Positions 17,012-26,227 of a DNA stretch of 34,942 nucleotides are shown here, one piece after another. The translations under genes were made by a program, and so were the position numbers. The notes beneath the pieces were generated by a model, which was given only the letters and a program-made list of their open reading frames with translations, was not told the DNA's origin and searched no databases. The DNA is taken from the sequence record SRR20825006_1652, one strand, 5' to 3'. Within the stretch, counting starts at the first letter, position 1. The number at the start of each line of letters is the position of its first letter.

Positions 17012-17907
17012 AACGGCGCACCCTCAAAGAGCACACCTATCGGTTCTTCGAGCTGATATGGGATGCGATCCTCGAGTACGTCGAGCACAAGGGGTCGCGG
17101 CTCGCCGCCGCGCTCGCTTTCTACTCGGTGTTCTCGCTCGCCCCCTTGCTGGTGGTCGCCGTCGCCGTCGTCGGATTTGTCTACGGTGATGAGGCCGCCA
17201 GCGGGGAGGTCTTTAACGAACTCAGCGTTCTGGTGGGCCCCGAGGTCGCGTCCATCGCCGAGGGGCTCGTCTCGCAGGCGAGCTACGGGGGTGGTGGTTG
17301 GTGGGCGACCATCTTCGGGTTAGGGACCTTGCTCTATGGGTCCTCCAAGGTCTTTGGCGCGCTCCAGGACACGCTGAATATGATCTGGCGCGTCGAGAGC
17401 AAGAAGACCGCAGGCATCAAGGACGCGATCAAGGGCTACGCGCTCTCGTTCGCGTTGGTGCCTGGGTTTGGCGTCCTCTTTTTGATCATGGTCATCAGCT
17501 CTGCGATGGTCGCCGCGTTCGGCGAGGCGATCGATCAGGTGATGGCCATCCCCAAGATCGCGACGCGATTGACCGACGCTGGATTCTCCTTCGTGTTCAT
17601 CACCGCGATGTTCGCCTCGCTCTTCAAGATCCTCCCCAACAAGAAGATGAGCTGGCGCCATGTCCTCGGTGGCGCCGCGGTCACGGCTGCCTTGTTCGTG
17701 ATCGGCAAATCACTCATCGGGTTTTACCTGGGGGTGACGACCACAGGGTCTGTGTTTGGCGCCGCGGGTACACTCGCTGTGTTGCTGATGTGGTTTTACC
17801 TCTCCGCCCAGATTTTTATCTTTGGCGCCTCCCTGACGCATGTCTGGTCCAGAAAGATCGATGAAGAGGACTTCCGAGCTTCGCAGGAGGCAGCCGAAGA
17901 AGAGTAG
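17008..17907 (+). CDS. YihY/virulence factor BrkB family inner-membrane protein
   Basis: SRLAAALAFYSVFSLAPLL, FGALQDTLNMIW and SVFGAAGTLAVLLMWFYLSAQIFIFGA. The conserved N-terminal motif lies upstream of the first GTG (17128), so the start is proposed at CTG 17008, overlapping the gltX stop. Confidence 0.9.
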   Translation: MKRRTLKEHTYRFFELIWDAILEYVEHKGSRLAAALAFYSVFSLAPLLVVAVAVVGFVYGDEAASGEVFNELSVLVGPEVASIAEGLVSQASYGGGGWWATIFGLGTLLYGSSKVFGALQDTLNMIWRVESKKTAGIKDAIKGYALSFALVPGFGVLFLIMVISSAMVAAFGEAIDQVMAIPKIATRLTDAGFSFVFITAMFASLFKILPNKKMSWRHVLGGAAVTAALFVIGKSLIGFYLGVTTTGSVFGAAGTLAVLLMWFYLSAQIFIFGASLTHVWSRKIDEEDFRASQEAAEEE

Positions 17908-18005
17908 GTAGAGAGCGCTTACTTTCCGAGCTGACGAAACATCCCGGGGCTTTCTGCCGAAAACCCTCTCGAGCGCCAATGCAGGCGTGTCGTGAGGGTT
18001 TTTAT

Positions 18006-19019
18006 ATGTCCAAGAGCGCAGATTATGATGGGGCGTACCGGCGGTTGTTCTCCAACCCCGAATTGTTGGAAGACCTGGTCCGTTCGTTTATCGGTGAGGA
18101 GGTCGCGGCCAAGCTCGATTTTGGCGAGGTCGACGCGATGGAGACGACCTCTCGCACACCGGACCTGGAGAAGCGGGAGGGAGACCAGATCTGGCGCATC
18201 CGAAGAGTGGATGGCGCTGACTTTTATCTGTTTCTCTTCCTGGAGTTTCAATCCAGCAATGATTTTACGATGCCCGTGCGTCTTTTTTCTTACACTTCGA
18301 GGTTTTATGATGTGTTGATGAAGCAGCAGGGCGATGTCGAGTCACTGCGCTTCTCTCCCATGTTCGCGGTGGTGATTTACAATGGCGTCTCGAAGTGGAG
18401 CGCGAAGGAGTCCTTTGAAGAACTCCTCGATGTCGACGAGTCCTCCGAGCTCTGGGAGTATCAACCGAAATTAAGGTATCGCCTGGTCGATGCGGCCAGA
18501 GCGTTACCGGACAAGGAGAGCATGACATCGCTGATCTTTCAGCTCGAGCATGCATCGAGCAAGGAGGCTGTCGGCAAGCGCCTCGATGAGTTTCGAGAGA
18601 AGCTGGTCGCTTCGGGAAACGCGAGTCTCATCGAGGATGTCGCGATATGGATCGAAGCTGTGTTGGAGCGTAAGCCTCACGGGCATAGCCCGACAAAAGA
18701 ACAGATCGAACACTTTTTGGAAGGAAGTACGATGGGGACACACAAACTCGGTATCGACCTGCTCTTTGACAGGTTGGAAGAAGAGGCGAGCGAGAGGGGG
18801 CTCGCGAAGGGGATGGAGCAAGGTCTCGAGCAGGGCCAGAAGTCTGGGATGCGTCAGGTGCTCGGGACGCTCCTCGAGCAGAAGTTCGGGGAGGATAAGG
18901 AGCGCGCCGCCCGGCTCGCGCTCCTCGATGAAGATGCGCTTCGGGCGGCGTCCACGTTGATCCTCGGCGCTGAGACTGAAGATGTCTTCTGGTCCGAGCT
19001 CGATGATGCCCTGAAGTAG
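18006..19019 (+). CDS. Rpn/YhgA-family PD-(D/E)XK nuclease (recombination-promoting nuclease / putative transposase)
   Basis: YDGAYRRLFSNPELLEDLV, REGDQIWRI, FLEFQSSND-x-MPVRLFSY, VVIYNG-x-W, and the C-terminal ERGLAKGMEQGLEQGQKSG repeats followed by LLEQKFG. SD GAGG before ATG 18006. Confidence 0.88.
   Translation: MSKSADYDGAYRRLFSNPELLEDLVRSFIGEEVAAKLDFGEVDAMETTSRTPDLEKREGDQIWRIRRVDGADFYLFLFLEFQSSNDFTMPVRLFSYTSRFYDVLMKQQGDVESLRFSPMFAVVIYNGVSKWSAKESFEELLDVDESSELWEYQPKLRYRLVDAARALPDKESMTSLIFQLEHASSKEAVGKRLDEFREKLVASGNASLIEDVAIWIEAVLERKPHGHSPTKEQIEHFLEGSTMGTHKLGIDLLFDRLEEEASERGLAKGMEQGLEQGQKSGMRQVLGTLLEQKFGEDKERAARLALLDEDALRAASTLILGAETEDVFWSELDDALK
18732..19019 (+). CDS. Putative in-frame internal small protein (RpnS-type antitoxin, 95 aa)
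   Basis: In-frame ATG 18732 is preceded by purine-rich GGAAGGAAG (18719-18727), just upstream of the E-x-G repeats. This is where internal starts occur in characterised Rpn genes. Confidence 0.55.
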   Translation: MGTHKLGIDLLFDRLEEEASERGLAKGMEQGLEQGQKSGMRQVLGTLLEQKFGEDKERAARLALLDEDALRAASTLILGAETEDVFWSELDDALK

Positions 19020-19025
19020 ACAGGT

Positions 19026-21440
19026 TTAGCGGCCGAGCGCGACGACCTCGTGCTCGGCGAACAGGGTGCTCCACATGATCAGCGCGTCCCCTGGCAGCTC
19101 GCTCCAGCGCGCCGGTTTGATCGTGCAGTTTGCAGGCAAGCGCGCCACATCATCTCGGATGTCCGCGAGCGAGCCATCCTCGCAGACACGAACAAACTTC
19201 ACGTGGCCGCCACGGTCGTCTTCGACCTGCCAGAGCACACGTTGGCGACGTGATCGAATCACCGGATGGTTTAACCCCTGAACCCATTCGAAGCGTTTCC
19301 ACTCGGTGTTTTCTGCCATCGCTTCGAGCAATAACTCGGTGTACACCTTCGACAAGCGCTCGACCTCTTTTTTGGCTCGTCTGCGCGCATGAGAATGCGC
19401 CGAGTTAGGGTGATAGATCGACACTTCGCGCCACGCTCCTTCGCGGTATTGGCTAAGGAGCACATCATCGTCGCCGTCGAGTTCGTAGCAAAACGAGATC
19501 CCCTCTTCCTCGAAGTGGCATTTGCCGTTTCGCGCGATGCCCAACTCGGGGAGCATGTTCTCGATCATGCCGAAGTAACTCTGGCCTCGCTCGCGCGCGG
19601 CGCGCTCGAGCGCGCTGTCTCTCCACACTGCAGGCCGACGCTGCTTGCGCCGCCACATCCAGTCATCGAACAGCAGCCGCAGCCCCTCCGAGTCAGGGTG
19701 ACAGGAGAGGGCGCGTTGGACCCACCGAGGTTGCTCGGCGTAGTAATAATAACTTCCTGGCGAAGCGCCGCGCTGGTGCATCTCCGAGCGCAGCATATCG
19801 ATCGCCGTCTCCTGCCCGAGCAACGCCCCTGCGGTCACCATCCATTGATATTGGCTCGGAGAGTCCTGGCATGCCCAGATGCCTTGCAGGATGAGCGCCA
19901 ACAGGTCACGGGAGTCCTCGGTGAAGTAGGCGCGCATCATCTCGACTTCAGGGCGGTTGCGCTTTGACGCCTCCTGCAAGAGGCGCATGACGCCAAGCAT
20001 CGCTTGCTTACCAAGGTATGCGCCTTCCTCGGTTTCGAGTGGTTCGATGGCGGTCTTTGGTAAGGACGGCGGGTAGGGCGCAGCGAGCCCTCGTTTGCTC
20101 CAGTACTGGAGCCAGTCAGGCATCTCCTCGTATGTCAGCTCTCGATGTAGTTTCAACGCGCGCCTCTGTGGTCTCTCGATCCGTTCGAATATCTCGTGAT
20201 CTCCTTTCAGGTGCTCTCTTAACAGGTCTTCGTGACCTCGTTCTGCGTAGGATACGAGGATCTCGGCAGCGAGGTCCTGGTGTGCCGAGGAGTCATCGAG
20301 CAAGTGCTCGACGAGCGTGCTCACAGCGTTCGCTCCTTCGCGTCGGAGCCAACGCAATGCTCTGCCATGCATGCGGTCTTGTGGGGCGACGCTCGAGGCG
20401 ATGACCTCGAGCACGAGCGGTGTCACCTCTGGCATATGCAGATGGAAGATCAGGTTCCAGTGCTCCTTGCCCCACCTGAACGCGAGTCGTTTTTCGATCT
20501 GCGCGAACAAGGTGCCGCAGTCCTCCAAGCCCCACCTGGCGATCTGGGTGAGCGCCGTCAATGGTTGAAAGTGAGCGATCGCGGGGCTCTCGTAGACGAA
20601 GTGATCGAAGAGCGCGCGATCTTCGATGATGCGCATCAAACGAATGTAGAGCTCTCCCAGTTGGGGCATTCGCGGGTGCTCGCAGAATTTCTCCAGCACG
20701 ATGGCGAGCCCTTCCTTGCTTGGCAGGCTTTCGACGACCCGAGTGAGGAGCGCGACCGAGAGATCCTCGACATCGCGGTGTTCTCGCATGGCATCCGCCA
20801 CGATCGAGCTGATGCGTGCTTTGGCCCTGGCATCCAGAGGTCGCAGCTTACAATTCTCGAAGTCGACCTGTCGCAAGAGCAGCTCAGAGAACGGGCCTCT
20901 GAGCGCGAATTCGAGCACATCGTCTAGAGGATAGAGCCTCGAGAGCACGAGCACCGGGAAGATAACCAGCGCGTGGATCTGTGTGTGCTGGTGTTTGCTC
21001 GGATCAAAACACTGCGCGCGTCGATAGTGCGAAGCTGTGAGCTCGAAGGCATCTTCTGCTGTGAGCGTAGCGTCTTCATCGAGTTTCTCGATCCAGGCGG
21101 AGTCCTGCCGGTCACCTTCGAAGATGCGAGGATGTGTCAAGAACCGGAGCAGCAGTCGCAGCTCCTGTGGGGAGACCACCGCGGCGCGGGTGTAGAGGTG
21201 ATGAGCGTGCCCGTGAATGCTCATGTAGTGGCCCGAGTGAGTTTCGGGGGGGCGTTCGTAGGTCTGCCTGAGCTGGTCGATCACCGCTTCGCGATCAAAG
21301 GGCACCGTCACGATCGAAGACGGAAACTCCTGTGATGGGAGGCGTAGCCTGGTTTCCGAGAGTGTGTGGAAGCGAGTGATCTGCGTGGTGAGCAGTGTGC
21401 TCGTGATCGGTGTGTTGTCTGTCTTTTTTCCTGTCATCAT
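19026..21440 (-). CDS. DUF4132-like domain-containing protein
   Basis: The C-terminal LLEAMAENTEWKRFEW...HPVIRSRRQRVLW...FVRVCEDGSLADIRDDVARLP...ELPGDALIMWSTLFAEHEV resembles DUF4132. The N-terminal part is helical and unassigned. Confidence 0.68.
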   Translation of the reverse strand: MMTGKKTDNTPITSTLLTTQITRFHTLSETRLRLPSQEFPSSIVTVPFDREAVIDQLRQTYERPPETHSGHYMSIHGHAHHLYTRAAVVSPQELRLLLRFLTHPRIFEGDRQDSAWIEKLDEDATLTAEDAFELTASHYRRAQCFDPSKHQHTQIHALVIFPVLVLSRLYPLDDVLEFALRGPFSELLLRQVDFENCKLRPLDARAKARISSIVADAMREHRDVEDLSVALLTRVVESLPSKEGLAIVLEKFCEHPRMPQLGELYIRLMRIIEDRALFDHFVYESPAIAHFQPLTALTQIARWGLEDCGTLFAQIEKRLAFRWGKEHWNLIFHLHMPEVTPLVLEVIASSVAPQDRMHGRALRWLRREGANAVSTLVEHLLDDSSAHQDLAAEILVSYAERGHEDLLREHLKGDHEIFERIERPQRRALKLHRELTYEEMPDWLQYWSKRGLAAPYPPSLPKTAIEPLETEEGAYLGKQAMLGVMRLLQEASKRNRPEVEMMRAYFTEDSRDLLALILQGIWACQDSPSQYQWMVTAGALLGQETAIDMLRSEMHQRGASPGSYYYYAEQPRWVQRALSCHPDSEGLRLLFDDWMWRRKQRRPAVWRDSALERAARERGQSYFGMIENMLPELGIARNGKCHFEEEGISFCYELDGDDDVLLSQYREGAWREVSIYHPNSAHSHARRRAKKEVERLSKVYTELLLEAMAENTEWKRFEWVQGLNHPVIRSRRQRVLWQVEDDRGGHVKFVRVCEDGSLADIRDDVARLPANCTIKPARWSELPGDALIMWSTLFAEHEVVALGR

Positions 21441-21546
21441 GCCTCCCCTCGGTCGGGGTGGGGCGGTTGTGAAAGAGCGCCGCCGCGGTTCATTTTGAAC
21501 AAGGGGGAAGTGCGGGCGTCAAAAAGAATGGCGCATAGGCTTGGTT

Positions 21547-21574
21547 TTGTTCCCTCGAGATCTCGAGGGAACAA
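21547..21574. repeat. 28-bp perfect palindrome in a divergent intergenic region
   Basis: TTGTTCCCTCGAGA|TCTCGAGGGAACAA with no spacer. Confidence 0.85.
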
Positions 21575-21597
21575 GCGCGAGGGCGTCGCGGGTATTC

Positions 21598-21626
21598 TTG
21601 ACAGCCCTCGGGCATAGGTTCACTCT
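21598..21626 (+). promoter_or_regulatory. Putative sigma70-type promoter for the 21672-26227 operon
   Basis: TTGACA (21598-21603), 17-nt spacer, CACTCT (21621-21626). The -35 is perfect and the -10 is degenerate. Confidence 0.4.
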
Positions 21627-21671
21627 GCGACCCCACACGAATCGACAACCTTTCTTTGGAGTGTGAAGATC

Positions 21672-22772
21672 ATGAGGCTTAGAGACCTCCTGGCAGGCGC
21701 CGCGATGGCGTTGACCTTGACCGCAGTGATTCCCACCGTCGCCGTCGCCGAAGAAGGCGCAGAGGCGCTCGGTGCCATCGATACGAGCACGATCCCTGCG
21801 ACAAAGCATGGGAAGATGTCCTCGGAGCAACGCGCCATTTTCTATGGCGCCAAGGGGGACCCGCCCGCCAAGGAGCTTCTCGGTGTCAACGAGGACTACG
21901 CTGGCAGGAGTTACCTCGCTGGTGATGAGTGGAATTTGCACCTCACCCACGAGCACATCAAGGACGTGGGCGGGATCTACGTCGGCGTCGGCGCTGACCA
22001 GGGATACCTGCTCGCGAGCTGGGCGCAGGCCGAATACGCCTACCTCATCGACTATGATGCTCGCGTTGTCCTGACGCACAAGATCTATCGCTCCTTCTTC
22101 TTGCGCTCCAAAACACCCAAGGAGTTCGTCAACCTCTGGAAGAAGTCCAACTCGGACAAGGCCCTCGCGATCATTCGTAAGGATTACGCCGACGACAAGG
22201 ATCTCGGCGAGCTCGAGAAGGTCTACAAGGAGTGGCGACGACGCATCTACAGCCGCCACACGCGGTTGAACAAAAAGAGCAAAGAGACCGGCATCAAGGT
22301 CTACACCAATGACCAGAAGCTCTACGATTACGTGCGTGGCATGATCGCCACCGATCGTATTCGCCCGATGAGCGGCAACCTGCTCGATGACGAGGGCTTG
22401 ATCGCTATCGGCGAAGCCTCGCGCAAGCTCGGGACGCCCGTGCGTTTGTTCTACGTTTCGAACGCGCAAGAGTACTGGGCTTACCCGGATCAGTACCGCA
22501 AGAATATCGCGGGGCTCAATTTCGACGAGCAGTCGCGGGTCATCCACACGCTCTCGACATGGAGCACGAACAAGGATTACCGCTACGTGGTTCAGCCCGG
22601 CCTCAACTACCAGGAGTGGATGACGGCGGATTGGGTGCGTAAGGTGTATTACATGGTGCCGCGTCGTAAGCTCGAAGGGCCCGAGGATATCGACTTCATT
22701 TACTTCGATCGCGAACTCAAAGAGGTCGAGGCACGTCGCGCGAAGAAGAAAAAGAAGAAGAAGAAAAAGTAA
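21672..22772 (+). CDS. Exported hypothetical protein with a methyltransferase-like Gly-rich motif and poly-Lys tail
   Basis: Signal peptide (LLAGAAMALTLTAVIPTVAVA), GGIYVGVGADQGY...YLIDYD, GNLL and FYVSNAQEY; ends in KKKKKKKKK. It resembles the Leptospira LIC_10091-like family (recollection, unverified). Confidence 0.72.
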   Translation: MRLRDLLAGAAMALTLTAVIPTVAVAEEGAEALGAIDTSTIPATKHGKMSSEQRAIFYGAKGDPPAKELLGVNEDYAGRSYLAGDEWNLHLTHEHIKDVGGIYVGVGADQGYLLASWAQAEYAYLIDYDARVVLTHKIYRSFFLRSKTPKEFVNLWKKSNSDKALAIIRKDYADDKDLGELEKVYKEWRRRIYSRHTRLNKKSKETGIKVYTNDQKLYDYVRGMIATDRIRPMSGNLLDDEGLIAIGEASRKLGTPVRLFYVSNAQEYWAYPDQYRKNIAGLNFDEQSRVIHTLSTWSTNKDYRYVVQPGLNYQEWMTADWVRKVYYMVPRRKLEGPEDIDFIYFDRELKEVEARRAKKKKKKKKK

Positions 22773-22783
22773 GCCGGGGAGAC

Positions 22784-25276
22784 ATGGTCTCGTTCGCAGG
22801 GAAAGAGAGGTTGCTCGGGGTCGGGATCGCCACGTTTGTCGCGTTGGCGTCTTGCACGCAGCACACGTCGAAACAAAAAGCCTCGGGCTCGCTCGAGTCC
22901 GAGGCTGCTGCCTCTCTCGGCGCTTCCCCTTCGCGCAGCGGCGCACCTCCTGCGGCGCCTCCAGCGCCTCCTGAAGCAGCGCCCGATACAGCACAGACCT
23001 CCCCGGAGACCCCCGGCGAAACCGCGCCGCAGGCCGTTCGCGAGCCTGTGCGGTTCGCGGATGCTCCCGCGTCATCGACCACCTGCCCGATGCCATACAA
23101 GGCGTCGGAGAAAGCGGGTGAGCCCGACCAACTCCGTCCAAAGTTCGAACGCTCACAGGAGACGCTCTGGGTAGGTAAGGGTGCCAAACCAGGCGCCGCC
23201 TTTTCTCGAGGTGTGTGGACGCGAGACGCGGATGCGTTGCGTCCTCCTCCTTCTACCGCAGAACCAAAGCCAGAGTCCGAGGAGGAGCCAGCGCCAGGGG
23301 ATGTCCCCATCGCGCCTCCTTCGGTGTTCTGGGCGCCCGCTTCGAAGAAGGCAAAGCTCGGCGATGGTTTTGTTCGCGCGCGCTTCTCGATCATGGGCGG
23401 GCTCGATTACGACCTCGTGTTGCGCGGCCAACTCGACCCCGATGGGAAAAAGATCATCGATGGCTGGGGAGTGATTCTTCGTGATGGGGTGACCTGGGTG
23501 GTTCGCTATGGTGGAGACCGCCCCGGTGAGCAGCGCACGATGCTCGAACGCCTCTACAAACTCGAGAAGCGCGAGGAGATCGAGATCCTGGCGTATGCGT
23601 TTGGAAATCGACTGCATGTTCAGGTTCACGATGCACGCAGCGGCGTCGAGCTGATCTCTTCTCAAATCGAGGATTCGACGATCCCTTCCTCCGGAATGGT
23701 CGGCGTCGCGGTACCACCCGAGCACGAGAACGGTCCTGGGGCGCTCCTGACGCACCTCTCACAGCGCGAGCTGTGCAAGGCAAAGATCCCGGAGATGCCC
23801 GAGCAGCGCCCACCGCGCGTGTTTCTCACGCTATCCCCCTCTCAATGGGAGGCCACGCCAGCGCCCGTGCGCGCGATGTTGCTCGACCTCGAGCCAGCGG
23901 AGAGGCCGGAAGGGGCGAGGCGCTATCAGACGGACAGCGTGGGGATGGAGGCGCTCTTTTGTGCTGGGGTTCGGCCCATCGAGAGCACCGCCGAGATCCC
24001 CTGGAAGTACGTCGACGAGGAGTATATGGCGAACAAGCACAGCCTCCCGGTCAAGGATGAGACCGGGATTCGCGTGGACCTGAGCTACAAGAATCCCGCG
24101 ATGGTCGAGACCTTGATGCGGGCCTTTCACGAGGCCTACCCCGAGGTCACGAGGCTCGAGGTGATCGGGACCTCGCACCAGGGGCGTCCGATCCTCGCGA
24201 TGGCGATCGCGGACAACCTCGTCTCCGATGATCCCAGACCATCGGTGTTGCTGAACGGCGCGCATCATGGAGACGAGCCGATCTCGACCGAGATCGTGTT
24301 CGACGCCATCGAATATCTGCTCGACGAGCGCATCGAGGATCCTCGCAAGGCATTGTGGCGAGAATCATTCGTGACCTGGGTGGTGCCGCAGGTGAACCCG
24401 GATGGCGCGCACGCTTTCCTCGAGCAGTCGTTTCGCATGGGGCGAAAGAATGGACGGGAGGTCGACGGCGTCAGCGGACATCGACGCGATGAGGGCGTGG
24501 ACCTGAATCGCAATTATCCGTTTCGCTGGCACTCGCTGGGAGAGGAAGGTTCGAGCTCGGAGGGTGAGTCCTCTTACTACCGCGGCGCGAAGCCCGGCTC
24601 CGAGCCAGAGACCAGGGCGATGATGGCACTCGCCGAGCGAGAACGCTTCATCGCCTCGATCTCGTATCACACGGGCACGGTGTGCATTCTGGCGCCTTAC
24701 ACCATCGACGAGGTCGAGAACCCCTCGCCCAACGAGGCGTGGGAGATCGGCGGTGAGATATCGCGCGCGATGCCGAGGCACCCCGAGGGGAGGTCCTTTC
24801 GGTTGCGCAAGAACCTCTATCCTGTCGATGGGACGGATCAGGATTGGTTTCGCGCGGAGCATGGGACGGTCGCGTTGCTCGTCGAGGCGGTGCGGCGCAC
24901 GCCTCGTAACTTCTGCGCCCGTCGACCTGTGGTCGAGGCGAACCGCCCATCCTGGATCTTGCTCTTTGATCGCATCCTCGAAGGCCCGACGCTTCTGGGG
25001 CGTGTGGTGGATCGCGAGGGCAAGCCGCTCGAGGCCCACGTCGAGATCCTCGAGCAAGAGGTTCGCGCTGGTGAGGTCTGGACGAGTCGCCCGCGAGATG
25101 GCAGGTTCGCGCGGATGTTTGTTTCGCCCGGAACGTATACGGTGCGCGCCAGCGCGGATGGTTACGTTCCTGTGACCCGAAAGGTGCGCGTTGGCGCGAA
25201 GAAGAGCCCTGACAAGGGCGCCATGACGCGGGTCGAGCTCGTGCTCGAGCCCGCGGATTCCCCGAAGAGCGAGTGA
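22784..25276 (+). CDS. M14 zinc carboxypeptidase lipoprotein with an N-terminal jelly-roll-like domain and C-terminal carboxypeptidase regulatory-like domain
   Basis: Lipobox LASC; IGTSHQGRPI, GAHHGDEP (HxxE), VNPDG, GVDLNRNYP, SEPETRA, ISYH and LLVE. C-terminal GRVVDREGKPL...PGTYTVRASADGY. Confidence 0.88.
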   Translation: MVSFAGKERLLGVGIATFVALASCTQHTSKQKASGSLESEAAASLGASPSRSGAPPAAPPAPPEAAPDTAQTSPETPGETAPQAVREPVRFADAPASSTTCPMPYKASEKAGEPDQLRPKFERSQETLWVGKGAKPGAAFSRGVWTRDADALRPPPSTAEPKPESEEEPAPGDVPIAPPSVFWAPASKKAKLGDGFVRARFSIMGGLDYDLVLRGQLDPDGKKIIDGWGVILRDGVTWVVRYGGDRPGEQRTMLERLYKLEKREEIEILAYAFGNRLHVQVHDARSGVELISSQIEDSTIPSSGMVGVAVPPEHENGPGALLTHLSQRELCKAKIPEMPEQRPPRVFLTLSPSQWEATPAPVRAMLLDLEPAERPEGARRYQTDSVGMEALFCAGVRPIESTAEIPWKYVDEEYMANKHSLPVKDETGIRVDLSYKNPAMVETLMRAFHEAYPEVTRLEVIGTSHQGRPILAMAIADNLVSDDPRPSVLLNGAHHGDEPISTEIVFDAIEYLLDERIEDPRKALWRESFVTWVVPQVNPDGAHAFLEQSFRMGRKNGREVDGVSGHRRDEGVDLNRNYPFRWHSLGEEGSSSEGESSYYRGAKPGSEPETRAMMALAERERFIASISYHTGTVCILAPYTIDEVENPSPNEAWEIGGEISRAMPRHPEGRSFRLRKNLYPVDGTDQDWFRAEHGTVALLVEAVRRTPRNFCARRPVVEANRPSWILLFDRILEGPTLLGRVVDREGKPLEAHVEILEQEVRAGEVWTSRPRDGRFARMFVSPGTYTVRASADGYVPVTRKVRVGAKKSPDKGAMTRVELVLEPADSPKSE

Positions 25277-25282
25277 TTGGTT

Positions 25283-26227
25283 ATGCGTGAGTCGATCGTG
25301 TTGTTGTCTGTGTGCGCGTTGTTGCTTGGCTCGCTCTCTGTGGCCAGCGCCCAGGATGCTGGGAAGAAGTCAGCCGATGATGTCAGCAAGAAGGACGTCG
25401 TGGAGGACGCTGCTCCCGAGGGTTACAGTGAGATCCCTTGTGGTGATGCTCCCGAAGGGATGAGCTGTGTTCCTGGAGGGGCGTTTCTGCGTGGGCATGA
25501 CTCGAAGGACAAGAACGCCAGGCCGCAGCAAAAGATCTGGCTGACGACGTTTTATATCGACCAGCGCGAGGTCACCAACGCCGCCTACAAGGCGTGCGTC
25601 AAGGCGGGCAAATGCGATGAGGCGGGGCCTCGATACCGAGGTTACAGCGATGACGAGCAGCCGATCACGGGCGTCAGTTGGTTTGACGCCAGGAAGTTCT
25701 GCGAGGCGCAAGGGAAGCAGCTCCCGACCGAGTCTCAATGGGAGAAGGCTGCGCGAGGCACAGAGGGCGAACTCAATCCCTGGGGGAACGAGGCGGCGAC
25801 GTGCGAGCGCGCCGTGATCAAGAACAACAAGGGGAGGGCGTGCGGCGTCAAGAAACCAGGAAGTAAGCCCGAGGCGGGGCGCATCTGGAAGGTCGGAGAG
25901 AAGCCCGCAGGCCGCTACGACCTCTACGACATGTCCGGCAACGCCGAGGAGTGGACGCTCGACTGGTACTCGCCGAGCTGGGAAGCCTGCGGCGAGGCGT
26001 GCCAGGGGCTCGATCCGAAGGGCCCCTGTGATGGTGCAAAGAGTTGTAAGGGGTATAACAAGCGCGTGCTGCGCGGAGGATCGTGGTACTGGCCAGCGGC
26101 CAATGCGACGGGGATTCATCGCCGCGCGAACGTCCCGAGCAATCGGCCCTACCATCACTTCGGGTTTCGATGCGCGGCGACCGTGGAGCAGGCCAAGGCG
26201 TTGACCGCGAGCGGCGAGAAAAAGTGA
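25283..26227 (+). CDS. Exported FGE-sulfatase (SUMF1/formylglycine-generating enzyme-like) domain protein
   Basis: FYIDQREVTNAAY, PITGVSWFDARKFC, LPTESQWEKAARG, LYDMSGNAEEW, RVLRGGSW and GFRCA, with a signal peptide. It lacks the catalytic Cys pair after RGGS that true FGE has. Confidence 0.9.
   Translation: MRESIVLLSVCALLLGSLSVASAQDAGKKSADDVSKKDVVEDAAPEGYSEIPCGDAPEGMSCVPGGAFLRGHDSKDKNARPQQKIWLTTFYIDQREVTNAAYKACVKAGKCDEAGPRYRGYSDDEQPITGVSWFDARKFCEAQGKQLPTESQWEKAARGTEGELNPWGNEAATCERAVIKNNKGRACGVKKPGSKPEAGRIWKVGEKPAGRYDLYDMSGNAEEWTLDWYSPSWEACGEACQGLDPKGPCDGAKSCKGYNKRVLRGGSWYWPAANATGIHRRANVPSNRPYHHFGFRCAATVEQAKALTASGEKK

Noticed and set aside
18006-19019. Rpn gene as an IS element
   Set aside because: No terminal inverted repeats or target duplications were seen, and the family is not shown to be a true transposase.
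21519-23156. 545-aa minus-strand ORF
   Set aside because: It overlaps two well-supported plus-strand genes and has shadow-like composition.
25283-26227. FGE-domain gene as a diversity-generating retroelement target
   Set aside because: No reverse transcriptase and no template-repeat copy of its 3' end were seen in the window.
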